DNA from: Candidatus Enterousia sp.
Lineage (GTDB): Bacteria > Pseudomonadota > Alphaproteobacteria > Rs-D84
Assembly (NCBI GenBank): GCA_045614665.1
Contig: JAZLDI010000013.1
Location: forward strand, 6,642 to 70,641
DNA length: 64,000 nt
Reading direction: 5' to 3'
A program made the position numbers and the translations under genes. The notes below the pieces were generated by a model. It ran no database searches, was not told the DNA's origin, and saw only the letters and a list, made by a program, of their open reading frames with translations. Shown one piece after another: positions 41,697 through 51,900 of the stretch. Numbering within the stretch: the first letter of the stretch is position 1; every line of letters begins with the position of its first letter.

Positions 41697-41730
41697 ACAT
41701 AACGGTATGATAGTACCGTATTGATTTTTC

Positions 41731-41759
41731 TTGACATTTCCGGGGTATTGCGTCATAAT
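41731..41759 (+). promoter_or_regulatory. Sigma-70 promoter of the rplM-rpsI operon
   Basis: TTGACA-17 nt-CATAAT, 38 nt upstream of the rplM ATG. Confidence 0.6.
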
Positions 41760-41796
41760 GTGCGCGCTATAACAAAAAACACAAGGAAAAATAAAA

Positions 41797-42270
41797 ATGG
41801 CAGCGACAAAATCGTTAAAAAAGTGCGAATTAGAGGCCAAATGGTATCTGATTGACGCAACTGATTGCACGCTGGGACGTTTGGCGGCATATACCGCGAA
41901 CATCTTGCGTGGCAAGAACAAGCCAACTTGGACACCAAATATGGATTGTGGTGACCATGTTATCATTATCAATGCGGACAAAGTTGCTTTGTCTGGCCAC
42001 AAGGCTGACAAAGATCGTTTCTTCTGGCATTCTTTGTGGACCGGTTCATTGAAATCACGTACCCTGGGTCAGATGCGCGAAGAAAAACCAGAAAAATTGG
42101 TTACAAACGCGGTAAAACGTATGATGGGACGTCGCACGGCGGTTGCATTGGCAAACAAACGTTTGACAAAACTGCACGTATATGCGGGCACAGAACATAA
42201 ACACGCGGCCCAGAACCCAATCGTTATTGATTTCGCATCATTAAACCGTAAAAACAAAAGGGGCGAATAA
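41797..42270 (+). CDS. rplM: 50S ribosomal protein L13
   Basis: '[33 protein letters not shown]', '[12 protein letters not shown]'. Confidence 0.95.
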   Translation: MAATKSLKKCELEAKWYLIDATDCTLGRLAAYTANILRGKNKPTWTPNMDCGDHVIIINADKVALSGHKADKDRFFWHSLWTGSLKSRTLGQMREEKPEKLVTNAVKRMMGRRTAVALANKRLTKLHVYAGTEHKHAAQNPIVIDFASLNRKNKRGE

Positions 42271-42755
42271 TGGCAGAAGCAAAAAAGACAGCCACAAAAG
42301 CTACAACTAAGAAGGCTGCAACAGCAAAAACAACTGCTAAAAAGGCACCTGTTGTTGCACCAAAATTAAACGACGCGACATATGCAACCGGTAAACGCAA
42401 GGATTCTGTTGCACGCGTATATTTGATGCCGGGCAAGGGCAACATCATCGTTAATGGCAAAGCATCTGCGGAATATTTCCGTCGTGCGGTATTACAGATG
42501 ATTATTGCACAGCCATTCGGTGTTACAAATCGTGAAACTGCATATGACATTGTTGCCTTTGTAGAAGGTGGCGGTTTGTCAGGTCAGGCGGGTGCCGTTA
42601 AACACGGTATTTCCAAAGCCCTGGAAAAGAAAGAACCAGAATTACGCGCCGCATTAAAGACAGCCGGATTCTTGACCCGCGACAGCCGTGTTGTTGAACG
42701 TAAACACTACGGTTTCCGCAAGGCACGTCGTTCTACTCAGTTCAGCAAACGTTAA
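42270..42755 (+). CDS. rpsI: 30S ribosomal protein S9 with ~36-aa K/A/T-rich N-terminal extension
   Basis: '[15 protein letters not shown]', '[19 protein letters not shown]', C-terminus '[12 protein letters not shown]'. Confidence 0.95.
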   Translation: MAEAKKTATKATTKKAATAKTTAKKAPVVAPKLNDATYATGKRKDSVARVYLMPGKGNIIVNGKASAEYFRRAVLQMIIAQPFGVTNRETAYDIVAFVEGGGLSGQAGAVKHGISKALEKKEPELRAALKTAGFLTRDSRVVERKHYGFRKARRSTQFSKR

Positions 42756-42770
42756 TACGTTTACAAAACA

Positions 42771-42801
42771 AAAGAAAATCCCGCATCAGCGGGATTTTTT
42801 T
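42771..42801 (+). terminator. Intrinsic terminator after rpsI
   Basis: 'AAAGAAAATCCCGC-ATCA-GCGGGATTTTTTT'. Confidence 0.75.
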
Positions 42802-42867
42802 ATTATTGCTTTCATATAAAAACAGTGTATAATCACCTGGCAATTCTAATTAATTAGGGGAAAACAT

Positions 42868-44175
42868 ATGTTCAAAAAAGAAAAAATCAAAGATTTACAC
42901 TATTCTGTAAATGGCGTAATTTCTGCGGACGAATTGCAGAAATCAGCTGACGAAATTTTGTTGGAATATGGCAAGAAGGTTAAAATGCCGGGATTTCGCA
43001 CGGGCAAAGTTCCATTAAATATCCTGCGCCAGAAATACAATGCATCTGCGTATGGTGAAGCAATCGATAAATTGATGAACCGTGACCTGGAAACATATGT
43101 CGCAGACAAGAAAATTCGCCTGGCCGGCGCGCCAAAGGTTGATTTGTCGGGCTGGACCGTTGGCCAAGATGCGGAATATTCGATGGAATTTGATATTTTG
43201 CCAACTTTGCCGGCAATTGACTTGGAAAAAATCACGGTAACCAAGAAAGTTGCAAAACTGGACGAAAAAGAAGTTGAAACCGCACTGGAAAATATTCGCA
43301 AATCTCGCAGCACGGCCGAAAAACAAGACGAAAATTATGTCGCTGCAAATGGTGATACGGCTGTAATCGATTTCAAGGGATTTGTTGGTGATGAAGCATT
43401 TGCCGGTGGCGAGGCAAAAAAGCATCACCTGATTTTGGGCTCTGGCGCATTTATTCCGGGCTTCGAAGACCAAATCATTGGTCACAAGGTTGGCGATAAA
43501 TTCGATGTCAACGTTAAATTCCCGGCGGATTATCATGCGGAAAACCTGGCGGACAAGGATGCTCGTTTCGAGGTAGAGGTTCACGAAGTCCGCAAACATA
43601 TCTTGCCAGAATTAAATGACGACCTGGCAAAACAGGTAGGTCAAGAATCTGTCGAGGCTTTGCGTGAACACATCCGCAAAATCATCAATGAACAGTATGA
43701 CGAAGCGGCCAAACGCGATATGCGCAATGAATTGCTGGATGTTTTGGCGGACAAAGTCAAGCTGGATTTGCCAGAAACATTGGTTGAACAAGAATACAAT
43801 ATGGCAAAATCTGAATTTGAACATCAACATTCCCACTGTCACGATGAAAAATGTGACCACAAATGGGATGAAAAACAAGAACACAAAGACGCCGAACGTC
43901 GTGTTAAATTGGGCCTGATATTGGCGGAATGGGGCACCCAGAACAAGGTAGAGGTCACACGTGAAGACTTGCAACAAGCCATCTGGGCCGAGGCCGCACG
44001 CTATCCAGATCCAAAACAGGTGTTTGAATTCTATAACAAGAATCAGAACGCCTTGGCAATGTTGCGTGGAATGATTTTCGAACGCAAGGCCCTGGATGCG
44101 ATGTTGACACACGTCAAGACCAAAGAAAAAACGGTCCCGGCGGATGAATTGTTCAAACAGGCATCTGTACGCTAA
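42868..44175 (+). CDS. tig: Trigger factor
   Basis: Ribosome-binding 'GFRTGKVP'. FKBP-type PPIase 'GDTAVIDFKGFVGDEAFAGGEAKKHHLILGSGAFIPGFEDQIIGHKVGD'. Confidence 0.92.
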   Translation: MFKKEKIKDLHYSVNGVISADELQKSADEILLEYGKKVKMPGFRTGKVPLNILRQKYNASAYGEAIDKLMNRDLETYVADKKIRLAGAPKVDLSGWTVGQDAEYSMEFDILPTLPAIDLEKITVTKKVAKLDEKEVETALENIRKSRSTAEKQDENYVAANGDTAVIDFKGFVGDEAFAGGEAKKHHLILGSGAFIPGFEDQIIGHKVGDKFDVNVKFPADYHAENLADKDARFEVEVHEVRKHILPELNDDLAKQVGQESVEALREHIRKIINEQYDEAAKRDMRNELLDVLADKVKLDLPETLVEQEYNMAKSEFEHQHSHCHDEKCDHKWDEKQEHKDAERRVKLGLILAEWGTQNKVEVTREDLQQAIWAEAARYPDPKQVFEFYNKNQNALAMLRGMIFERKALDAMLTHVKTKEKTVPADELFKQASVR

Positions 44176-44180
44176 ACAAC

Positions 44181-44210
44181 AAATAAATGCGCCACATGGC
44201 GCATTTATTT
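44181..44210 (+). terminator. Intrinsic terminator after tig
   Basis: 'AAATGCGCC-ACAT-GGCGCATTTATTT'. Confidence 0.6.
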
Positions 44211-44231
44211 ATAAAGGAAAGGACGAACAAA

Positions 44232-45197
44232 ATGAAAGCATACCTGGATATATTGGGGGATATTTATAAAAACTGTACCGATGTGCGTCAAAATCGCACC
44301 GGCACACCCGACATCGGCATCGGACACGGCGCCACATTTGTGCACGATATGGCCGACGGGTTCCCATTAATTACAACTAAAAAGATGGGATTGAAAAACA
44401 TTGCCACAGAACTGGAATTCTTTATTCGTGGCATAACGGACAAAAAATGGTTAACCGATCGCAAATGTAAAATATGGAATGAATGGGCCAATCCAGTCAA
44501 GGTAGAACAGGCTTATAAAATCAAGACCGGCATGTTAGAGCAGGGCGGACCATTAACCCCCGCACAGAAACAAATTGTTCGCAATTCTATAATGGATTCT
44601 GAACGCGATCTGGGGCCAATATATGGATTCCAGTGGCGACATTTTGGTGGCGAATATCAATGGGACACCGCCAGAATCGAACACAACCCAACGGATAACT
44701 TTAACCCGCAAAAACCCGGCACAGACCAGGTTGCAAACGCAATCGACAAATTAAAGAATAATCCAAACGATCGTCGCATACTGGTATCGGCATGGAATCC
44801 CACAGACTTTTATCAGATGGCACTACCACCATGTCACGTAATGCACCAATTAATTGCACGTGACGGCAAATTAAACCTTATCTGGACTCAGCGTTCATGC
44901 GACATGTTCCTTGGGATACCTTATAATATCGCCAGTTATGCACTGTTGCTGCTGTTATACGCCAAAGAAGCAGGCATGACCCCCGGCATATTAAAAGGCG
45001 AATTCCATGACGCACATATTTATACAAATCATCTGGACCAGGTTCGGGAACAACTGTCACGCACACCGTACAAATTACCAACCGTTGAAATACCCGACGA
45101 CAACTGGAACGGCATGTTAAATTGGTCGGCCGACGGCGGATTCAAATTAAAAGATTATGTATGCCATGAAAAATTAACCGGTGCGGTTGCCCGATAA
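44232..45197 (+). CDS. thyA: Thymidylate synthase ThyA (long form, 321 aa, with insertions)
   Basis: Start at the internal ATG 44232, after 'AAAGGAAAGGA'. 'RTGT', 'GPIYGFQWRHFG', 'DRRILVSAWNP', 'LPPCHVMHQL', 'QRSCDMFLGIPYNIASYALL'. Confidence 0.9.
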   Translation: MKAYLDILGDIYKNCTDVRQNRTGTPDIGIGHGATFVHDMADGFPLITTKKMGLKNIATELEFFIRGITDKKWLTDRKCKIWNEWANPVKVEQAYKIKTGMLEQGGPLTPAQKQIVRNSIMDSERDLGPIYGFQWRHFGGEYQWDTARIEHNPTDNFNPQKPGTDQVANAIDKLKNNPNDRRILVSAWNPTDFYQMALPPCHVMHQLIARDGKLNLIWTQRSCDMFLGIPYNIASYALLLLLYAKEAGMTPGILKGEFHDAHIYTNHLDQVREQLSRTPYKLPTVEIPDDNWNGMLNWSADGGFKLKDYVCHEKLTGAVAR

Positions 45198-45227
45198 AAA
45201 TCCTCGCCAGTTGGCGGGATTTTTTTA
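45196..45227. terminator. Bidirectional intrinsic terminator
   Basis: 'AAAAATCCTCGCC-AGTT-GGCGGGATTTTTTT'. Confidence 0.7.
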
Positions 45228-45761
45228 TCTTTTTTTCTGAAAGGTTTCTTTTATGTTGTGCCACATAATCTTATGTTGTGGTAATTTACTTATAGAATCC
45301 GCGCGTTGTACCTCGGCACGAACAAATTCCATATGTTCCGCGGCCTGTTGCATATCCTGTTTCGTGGCCAAATATGCGGAATCGGCATCCATATAATCTT
45401 GAATAACTTTATTTTTAACAGAATCTGCCTTGACAGCTAACTCGTCACAAACCCTTTTGCGGTGGGCTATACGTGTTTCTGTGTTACCGCCTTTTGGCAT
45501 ACGTACATCATAGCTGGCCTCTTTCAAACGTTTGTATTCTGGATTGTTATATCCCAAATGTTGTGCCTCAATTAATGCGCTAGAATAGGCACTACGATGT
45601 TGTGCTTCTGCTCTAACATATTCGCTTTCAGCCTTTTTTAGGTCATATTCATTATATTCTGGCCAGTTATACCCCAGTGTTGCACTGGTTGCCATTAGCA
45701 TAGCAATACCCAAAATATATACAAAATCTCTGACGGTTGTGTTTGTTTGTTTTTCAGACAT
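45225..45761 (-). CDS. Hypothetical N-terminally anchored protein (178 aa)
   Basis: One TM 'FVYILGIAMLMATSATL'. Internal duplication 'LGYN(W/N)PEY'. Confidence 0.45.
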   Translation of the reverse strand: MSEKQTNTTVRDFVYILGIAMLMATSATLGYNWPEYNEYDLKKAESEYVRAEAQHRSAYSSALIEAQHLGYNNPEYKRLKEASYDVRMPKGGNTETRIAHRKRVCDELAVKADSVKNKVIQDYMDADSAYLATKQDMQQAAEHMEFVRAEVQRADSISKLPQHKIMWHNIKETFQKKR

Positions 45762-45893
45762 ATCAAATCCTTCTTATGACAAAAGTTAAGGTATACAAAT
45801 GTTACAATTTTGTCAATAATAAATTCCTACAAAAAATCAAGGTTATTACTAGTAAGATATTATCCTATGATGTTTGACACTTAGCACATAAAT

Positions 45894-45920
45894 GAAAAAA
45901 ATCCCCCATTCGGGGGATTA
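45894..45920 (-). terminator. Intrinsic terminator of the giant gene
   Basis: Minus-strand read 'ATCCCCC-GAAT-GGGGGATTTTTTT', 5 nt after the stop codon. Confidence 0.75.
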
Positions 45921-45924
45921 AGCA

Positions 45925-48900
45925 TTACCAAGCCATATAACCATCGTTACATTTGCGTTCGCACTTCTTTGTGGTTGAATTCCACTTCATTGTTCCTGTT
46001 TCGTCTTCATATTCTTCGCCAACTGGACAAATTGGAACGCATTCATTATTTTCAAGGTTATACAATTCTCCCTGATACATACATGCCGCAATCGTACATC
46101 CTTCGATATAACTGCTTGCTGCATCTTGCCCCAGTACGCTCTTGGCATTTCGACAACGTCCACACTGTTTGTTTGGCTCATCTGATTCGTATGAGTCATT
46201 TGTATAACCAGGTTCGCACGACGTTGCGATACATTCGCCCCACGTGCCACGATTTTCATCCCATTCACGTGTTCCTGTACCATGTTCAACCGAGCATACC
46301 TCTACATCAGGGACACAGGTATTTGATGAAACATGATAACCATCAACGCATTCTGTAATCTTACAGATTCCAAAAGCGCCCAACTTGCTGTCCCAGGTTT
46401 GACTTGCAGCCAGGGCATTCGGTGCCGTGCAAGTTTTTACATCATCTGCACACTGGTCACCTTCTGGGTGGAAGCCTGTATGACATTTTGCCACCAGACA
46501 GTTGCCATTTGGTTTGTATGCGGTTGCATTAGCGCGATCGCATCTCTTGCAACGACCATCAATCAATTCATAGTCTGGGTTACAAGAAGTCTCGACACAA
46601 GTTTCGTTGCCCTTAATCGTCTGAATTTCACATGGATTACCTGTTTCAGACTTCCCCTTGTATGTACAAACATTGTCATACTGTACGGTATCACTGTCAC
46701 GTATCGCCATACCGCCCAAGATTTCATAGTCTTCACATGTTGTATAGCACTGTTCAATCTTGGTTGAACCCGCCCCAGATAACTTATGTGTTCCACCTGT
46801 TAATTCATCACAGGTCATTGGTGTGCTATCTGGTGTGCCATCTAGATCAATGTCCGATCCAGACAACGCATCGCAAACACTGTTTTCTGGGCACAATTCA
46901 CATTGTGATTTATCGCCCGACAGATAGTATTTCGTATCACATACCTGAATTTCACAAGTGTCTGTCATAGTTGCTCCCTGATAGTCGCGACCAACCATTG
47001 TTGTGACATTGGCCGGGGCATCACATTCGCCAAAGCATTGTCCCGTGTATGTCGAGCCCGCATCTGATTCGGGATAACGCCCATCAAACAGCGTACTACA
47101 CAGTTGCGGTTTAGCATTTGCAACCCCATCAAAGCCCGTACGTGTTGATTCATCACAAACACTGCCGGCTGGACAAATATCACATTGATTGTTATTGATG
47201 TAATATTTTTCGTCACACGTATCCAACATACACGCCGTACAATCGGACGAATAATCTTCTGCATTCGTATTGTACCCACAGGTCTTAATTCCGCTACCGT
47301 GCGAAACAGAGCAGGGCATTTCTGTCATAAAGCACGCGGATGCATCACTGCTGGTGTCTGATTCAGTTTGTCCTGCACGCCCGTCAAATGTTGCGCAACC
47401 CTGACGTGCGGTTGGGTGTCCTTCGTTGCCTGCATCTGCAACTGGACCAAAGAAGCCATATCCAACCTTGGTACAATCTGTGTCACCAATTGCATTCCAA
47501 TAATATCCTGCATCACACTTCTGGAACATGCGGGCACGACATTCAGTGTATCCCTTGTTCTCGGGCGAATAGATACAGTACTGGAATCCAGAACCGTGAT
47601 CCGACGTGAATGGATTTTCTGCCTTGAAGCACGATGTGGATTCAGCAGCGTTGTCGACGTTTGTGTCACCGCCGTCCGGACATGGTGTTCTGTTCAAACT
47701 ACCCGGTTCACTGTACGCATCATATCCGACCGCCGTACAATCTGTTGCCGCCGCATTTTCACGATAATACCCACCTTGACACGTTGTGATATACTTGTCA
47801 CGACAATCTGTTGCATATTTTGCACTGCCGTCTGCATTGTCAGATGTGTAATTACATACCTGGGTTCCTGCACCGTATGTCGCATTATATTCAACTGTCT
47901 TATAGCAGTCACCAGCATCGTCCGCGGTTGTCAGTGATCCTGTCAATCCTTCTGCTGGACATTCATAACGTTTCAGGTCGTCTGCGCCACTGTAATGGTT
48001 TATACCAACCTCAATACAGTCTATACCAGATACGTGATAGTATCCAGCTACACATTTCTTGACCGAATGATCGCGACACGATGCGTCGTATTCCTTTGTG
48101 TCATCATCATAGTTACACGTTTGTGTCCCGCTGGCCTTGCCGGTTGTGGATGTGTATGCCAACCCTTGCTTATAGCATACACCGCTGTTGGTCGCGCTTG
48201 TGCCACCGGCCGAGATGCCGCCGTCTGGGCAAATTTCGTGACCGCCAACAACGCCCGTGTCTGTTGGGTATGTTCCGCCCGGACACCAGTGATTGGCCGC
48301 ACAAACCACACAATCTCCGCCCCGGCCTGGGTAGTAATAACCCGCCTCACAGACAGTGTCGCCTTCGGACCAAACAACATTTGCGGTTGTGTCTTCCGTT
48401 GTCACACGCAGGGCCGAATTTGTATTTTGCAACATCCCTGCGGCATCAATAACCATAACGTCGTCGACGCTGTAACCCGCAAAGTTGTATCCAGATTTGC
48501 CGGGCAGGGCACTTGTATCAATTGTTGTTAATGCCTTGCTTGCCGCCAGATCTTCAAACCAACCAACCGTGTATTTCAAATATACTGGTTTTTGTGTTGC
48601 ATTTTCTGTGGCGTCACTTGCAACCAATTCAACTTTGAACACATCTGGTTCCCAAATCGCATACAGCGTTGTATCGGTACCATTCGCCGAGATGTTTTCA
48701 GATGTTGCAACATTCGCGACATAGCACGCGCCCGAGCCGTTCGCGTTGGTGCACCATTTATTAGCAGATACATATCCTGCACGTGCCAGTCCATCCGTTG
48801 CCGGTAACTTACAGACGCCACTGTCAAATGTGCATTCTATATATGCTGTGGCATCGCCTGTCCCCTGGTTCTTATCCAGTGTGACCGTATATTTATTCGC

Positions 48901-51900
48901 AACACATTGCGGATTTGTACCATTTTTCGCCGTATAACCCGCATTACACGTAATTGTATAAGAACAGGCTTCATATTCTCTCTTCGTTGTGTTGTATGGT
49001 GCGTTGGCCTCGTCTGGTGTTACGGTCTTGCTGTTTGCGATATCCGCGGTTGTCAAGGAACAAGCACTGTAACAATCTGCCTCTGTTGCACGTGGCGCAT
49101 TAGATCCGATCCCGTCATTCGCTGCGCCGGTTTCCCCTAGACATGCGTGTGCTGTCATACTTTCTGTGTCTTCGGTTCCGTTTTCTACAACCGGTGCAGG
49201 ACTGTAATATCCGTTTGTTACCGGCGTACATGCATTACCAACACCACTGTAATAATATCCCGCATCACATGTCAGCGCAATAGAATCACAGTTTGTTGTA
49301 TATATAGCATTATTGCCACTGCCACTTGTATACCAACAATCCCATTTTGCGGTACCAAAGTTGAATGTCATATCTCCGCCATCAGTTGTAACCTTGCGAC
49401 AGTCTGATATGCTATCTGCACCAGCGGCGGTTGTGGCACCATTCGCTGGACATGTTTCAATACAACCAGTCGAACCTTCGTTAATTTCACCATTGCCCGG
49501 ACAATATTGACCCAATTCACAGCGGGTACGTACGCCGTTGTTGTAATAATAACCGGCCTCGCATGCAACCATATTCTGGTCCCAAATTGCGTACAGAGTA
49601 ATTTCGCCACCATCCGACAGCAGGTTCTTGATACTACCGTTTGCAACAATTGTTTTTCCCTTGCCATCTTTCTGGGTGTTCCAAACACTGAATGTCTTGT
49701 TCGGCATTTCAATTGTATCAGCGGCTGCGCATTCCATATCATACACGCATGTAACATCCGCAACATTCAGGCTTCCTGCATCTGTCGGATCAAAATGCAC
49801 CGTAAACGTTGTTGGTGTCCAGTTTGCTGTAACGGTTATGTGACCCGTTGTACCCGCAACAATTTCATTGTTTACAACCTTGTTGCCAGTCCAACCATCA
49901 AAGACGTAGCCCGTTTTTACAGGATTCTTTAATTCAATCGGTGTATCAGATATTGTATAAGTTTCCGGATTCTCGGCATTATTTGTGCCTCCATCCAATT
50001 CATATGTAATCACATACGAATCAGAGGCCCAGTTCGCGGTCAGAACCATATCGCCGATTGAACCATTTATAATCTGTGTAACCGTATTGCCATTTGCGTC
50101 GGTCCACTTGCTGAAAGTAAAACCTGTTTTTTCTGGTTTCTTTAAAACGATAGTGTTTGTTTCAACAGTGTACTTATCTGGGTTAGATTCACCGGTCTTA
50201 TAAGTCCCGCCATTAAGATTGTATGTAATCTTATAGGTAACAGGTGTCCACTTTGCCCAGAATTCTTTATCTCCGGTTGTGCCCGCTGTGATCTCGGTAA
50301 CACTTGTGTTGAAGTTGCTATCGCTGAACCACCCACCAAAATCATACCCACGTTTTGTTGGGTTGGATAGCACAAATGCATCTTCAATAGTATACTTTTC
50401 TGGGTTCGAAGCACCCGCATAATAGCCACCATCCAAGTTGTATTTAATAGTATATGGATTTGGTGTCCACTGCGCAAACAAAACCACAACACCCCCAGCA
50501 TCAGTTGTCAACTTATTAACAAATTGTTCATCTGCATATGAATTGCCTGTACCATCCTCTTTTGTGTTCCAACCGGTGAATGTATACCCATCACGTACAA
50601 ATTTATTTGAATATAAACTTTGACCATCACCAAATACAAACTCTTGTGTATTCATCACAACTTCGCCACCCATATAATTGTCGTGATATTCAACTGTATA
50701 GGTATTAGGATTACAGGTAATATGTTCATAATATTTAGAATACCCTCCAGTATATGTAAAACATAAATACCCAAATTTTTCAAAGCATTCATCAGTGTAT
50801 GCAGCCGTATATCCTCCCTCACAGACAACGCTCATTTGGCAATTTGTGTATGGAGCAATCGTTGACTCAACATTTTCTCCAAGGAATACTTTCATACCAG
50901 CAACGGTAGCATTTTTTAGAGTACATGTTTTTGCATTTTCGGGACATACATTAGGACATACATATGTTACACCAGATGTAGAAGAGCGACAGCCAATGTA
51001 TCCTTCAGGTGCAGATGGAACATAAGCAACAGGACCATATTGCCCACCAGTAGAGTACTGATATGTCCCATCCCCAACGGTAGAGCAGCTGACACATTGG
51101 TCATCTTGACGGAAATAATTGGCGTTACACTGAACGGCATATCCACCTTCAAAGCCACGCTGTATAGGACAAGTCCATGTGTCTTCTTCTGCCGAAACAG
51201 ACACGCATTCTGAGGCACCGTAATACCATTTGCAAGGTGTTGTTGCAGTTGTATCATAAATACAACGTTGGTACGCAACCGTATCTCCACAGTCTGTAGT
51301 CCACAGATAGTTTGCAAAATCTATCGTATGCTCCGGTGCGGTACAATCCATTGTTGTCTCATAATAACACTGCTTTTCTGCGGTGTCATCACCGTCGGTT
51401 GCGCAAATATTATATGTGCCCTGATATTCGGCGCCCAGCGATGAACACGCCGTTGTACAACTTGTACATACGCCATTGCTTGGGTATGTGCCACTTGCGC
51501 AACCACAGGCACCGTCTTCTGTGCTGTTGCACGCATTCCATTGCGCGATAAAGGTCATATTCGTCGTACATGTGTTTGCTGCAACCGAAGTAACCGTTGC
51601 GCCCGTGGAGTCTTTCCAGCCTGCAAATGTATATCCTGGGCGTGCAATGTTATCGGCTGTCGGCAGGTCAAAAGAATCCATGACTTGGCACGATGTTTTA
51701 TATTGCCCGCTCCATACTGTGTCACCTGGGGTTACATATGTGATTGTCTTTGCGCCCTCGGCAACATATTCCGCAGTAAATGTTTTACCAGTTGTATAAG
51801 TCCAGACAAAATCTGTGCCCGCGGTGTGAATTGTTGTTCCGTCATTCCAGTGGCTGAAATCATATCCATCTGGCTCGGTGCAAGTATTTGTCGCCGGTGC

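Noticed and set aside
43015-44112. 194-aa and 166-aa ORFs antisense to tig
   Set aside because: They are nested in the trigger-factor gene on the opposite strand. They have no motifs and are typical shadow ORFs.
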